Positions 24,022 through 25,374 of a stretch of 25,374 bases of DNA are shown in pieces. The position numbers were made by a program, and so were the translations under genes. A model generated the notes under the pieces. That model saw nothing but the letters and a program-made list of their open reading frames with translations, made no database searches and was not told the DNA's origin. The stretch spans positions 1-25,374 of the IMG/VR virus record IMGVR_UViG_3300025777_000011, one strand, 5' to 3'. This DNA comes from a virus. Lineage: Duplodnaviria; Caudoviricetes. Position 1 is the first letter of the stretch; every line of letters starts with the position of its first letter.

Positions 24022-25029
24022 TTAAGCGGTTAATGTTGAATAAAGAACAAACTGATCAGGGAAACCGATTTGGGTATCCATTTTGAAAAGTCCTTTTACG
24101 AAGAACAATTCAGAGTTGTTTTGCAATCTCATTAATTGCAATTGGTTGTCCTCTGTTGAGTTGATACCTAACCAGGTATTTGAATCAACATCGGGCTTCT
24201 GAATGGCCAAGTAAAAAGTATTCTCAGGCATACCGGCAACCATTTCGATCTCATAACCTCTGAATTGGTCATAGGCTTTTTCATCCGAACGGGTGTTTTT
24301 GTATGTGTCAGTTCTTAGTGCCTCAGCGTATTTCTGTGCATCAGCGTAAGAGATAACAAACTTCAACCCACCTTTACCGAAACGGCCTAACAACGCTTTA
24401 GGAACGATTGCAAGGGCAGCCGCGAATTTATCCCGGATATTCGATGCGGTAAGTGCTACCGGCGTAGCTACGGTCAATGTCGGATATGTTGGGTCGCTCG
24501 CTGCATCCAACAGTTTCTTAATCAAACCATCAAAATAGAAATAGTTTGCTGCGTCTGCTGTTTCTCCCTTAGTTGTAGGGTCAACATTTGAGCCATCCGG
24601 TGCGTATTGAATACGTGAACGGTGGATAGCGTTTTCGAAGAATTCATTAAGACGCTTCATTGTCTGAATCATCATGAAGTTCTCGGCAGTAACCGGCAAT
24701 TCACGGCCTAACAGTTTAGGTTGTAACTGCTCAGCATAGAAGTGCTGTTCATAATCACGAGGGTTAAACTCGTAATACAACATCAAATCGTTCGGAGCCA
24801 ACACACGGCCATCAACGTTAACCGTTCCCTGTGATGTTGGGGTGGCTGCACGTCTTTGTATGAAGTTGGTAACTTCGATTCTTGGAATAGTCTTTTTCTT
24901 TCTGATGCCATCTTCTACGTAGATGCAACCTTTTTCGATTGTGTCAGCACCGACAACCGCACGAGTTATCATGTAACTTGCGGCAGGGCCTGACCAGCTG
25001 GTGTCTTGTATGTTTAATGCTTCTGACAT
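24022..25029 (-). CDS. Major capsid protein
   Basis: 335 aa, between the scaffold-like ORF and the tail genes; FDGLIK segment and overall layout fit an HK97-type capsid protein. Confidence 0.8.
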   Translation of the reverse strand: MSEALNIQDTSWSGPAASYMITRAVVGADTIEKGCIYVEDGIRKKKTIPRIEVTNFIQRRAATPTSQGTVNVDGRVLAPNDLMLYYEFNPRDYEQHFYAEQLQPKLLGRELPVTAENFMMIQTMKRLNEFFENAIHRSRIQYAPDGSNVDPTTKGETADAANYFYFDGLIKKLLDAASDPTYPTLTVATPVALTASNIRDKFAAALAIVPKALLGRFGKGGLKFVISYADAQKYAEALRTDTYKNTRSDEKAYDQFRGYEIEMVAGMPENTFYLAIQKPDVDSNTWLGINSTEDNQLQLMRLQNNSELFFVKGLFKMDTQIGFPDQFVLYSTLTA

Positions 25030-25059
25030 TGCTTTATGGTTTTACTTTTTGTTTACTAA

Positions 25060-25374
25060 TTATTTACCGGCGTATTTGTTTCTCAAATCAGCCATTGCGG
25101 TTGCGGCTACGTTGGTCAGCTTCATTTCGTTAGAAACGGCAGAAACTTCAATCTTTGTAGCGGTTCTGTTAACCGGTAACGCTTCAATCAGATTCTTAAC
25201 CTTTTCTTTGCCGATAGTTTTGAAGGTATCGACCCAGGTATTAACCGAATCAGCTTTAATGCGGCCCGATTCAACAAACTTATTCAGCATGTTTTTACAG
25301 TCTTCTTCTTCTGCTTCGGCTTTGATTTTGTTCTTTTCTTCTTCTTCTGCTTTAGCCTTATCTTCCATCTTGGC
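25060..25374 (-). CDS. C-terminus of prohead protease/scaffold protein (truncated by the window edge)
   Basis: The frame is open to the window edge; charged coiled coil (KAKAEEEEK) and VESGRI motif; immediately upstream of the capsid gene. Confidence 0.65.
   Translation of the reverse strand, partial: AKMEDKAKAEEEEKNKIKAEAEEEDCKNMLNKFVESGRIKADSVNTWVDTFKTIGKEKVKNLIEALPVNRTATKIEVSAVSNEMKLTNVAATAMADLRNKYAGK

Noticed and set aside
10718-25133. Plus-strand ORFs within the late arm (e.g. 11346-11759, 16856-17221, 19168-19596, 22776-23114)
   Set aside because: They are antisense to clear late genes and have shadow-like composition.

Overview
A 25.4 kb piece of a tailed phage or prophage genome, almost certainly infecting Bacteroidota (TTTG-N19-TAnnTTTG promoter, Ala-Gln signal-peptide cleavage sites, DUF2586-like sheath, BT4734/VirE-N-like primase). 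The + strand (1-10038) is a replication/modification arm: an LRR-like repeat protein, two HTH proteins, two C5 DNA methyltransferases, an SNF2 helicase-MTase fusion, a replication initiator, a primase-helicase, a RusA-like resolvase and small ORFs. The - strand (25374-10209) is a late arm: protease/scaffold C-terminus, major capsid, contractile tail (sheath, tube, frameshifted chaperone, tape measure, hub, spike, wedge), collagen fibre, lysis genes and a metallophosphoesterase. The arms converge on a hairpin cluster. Main oddities: (1) four late-operon, virion-like proteins carry Sec signal peptides and many Bacteroidota O-glycosylation sequons; (2) two sequence-unrelated leaders share one uORF/alternative-stem switch architecture; (3) one C5 MTase has motif IX in an overlapping +1 frame; (4) both C5 MTases contain G9 tracts. 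All family calls come from motif recognition by eye, not from database searches.
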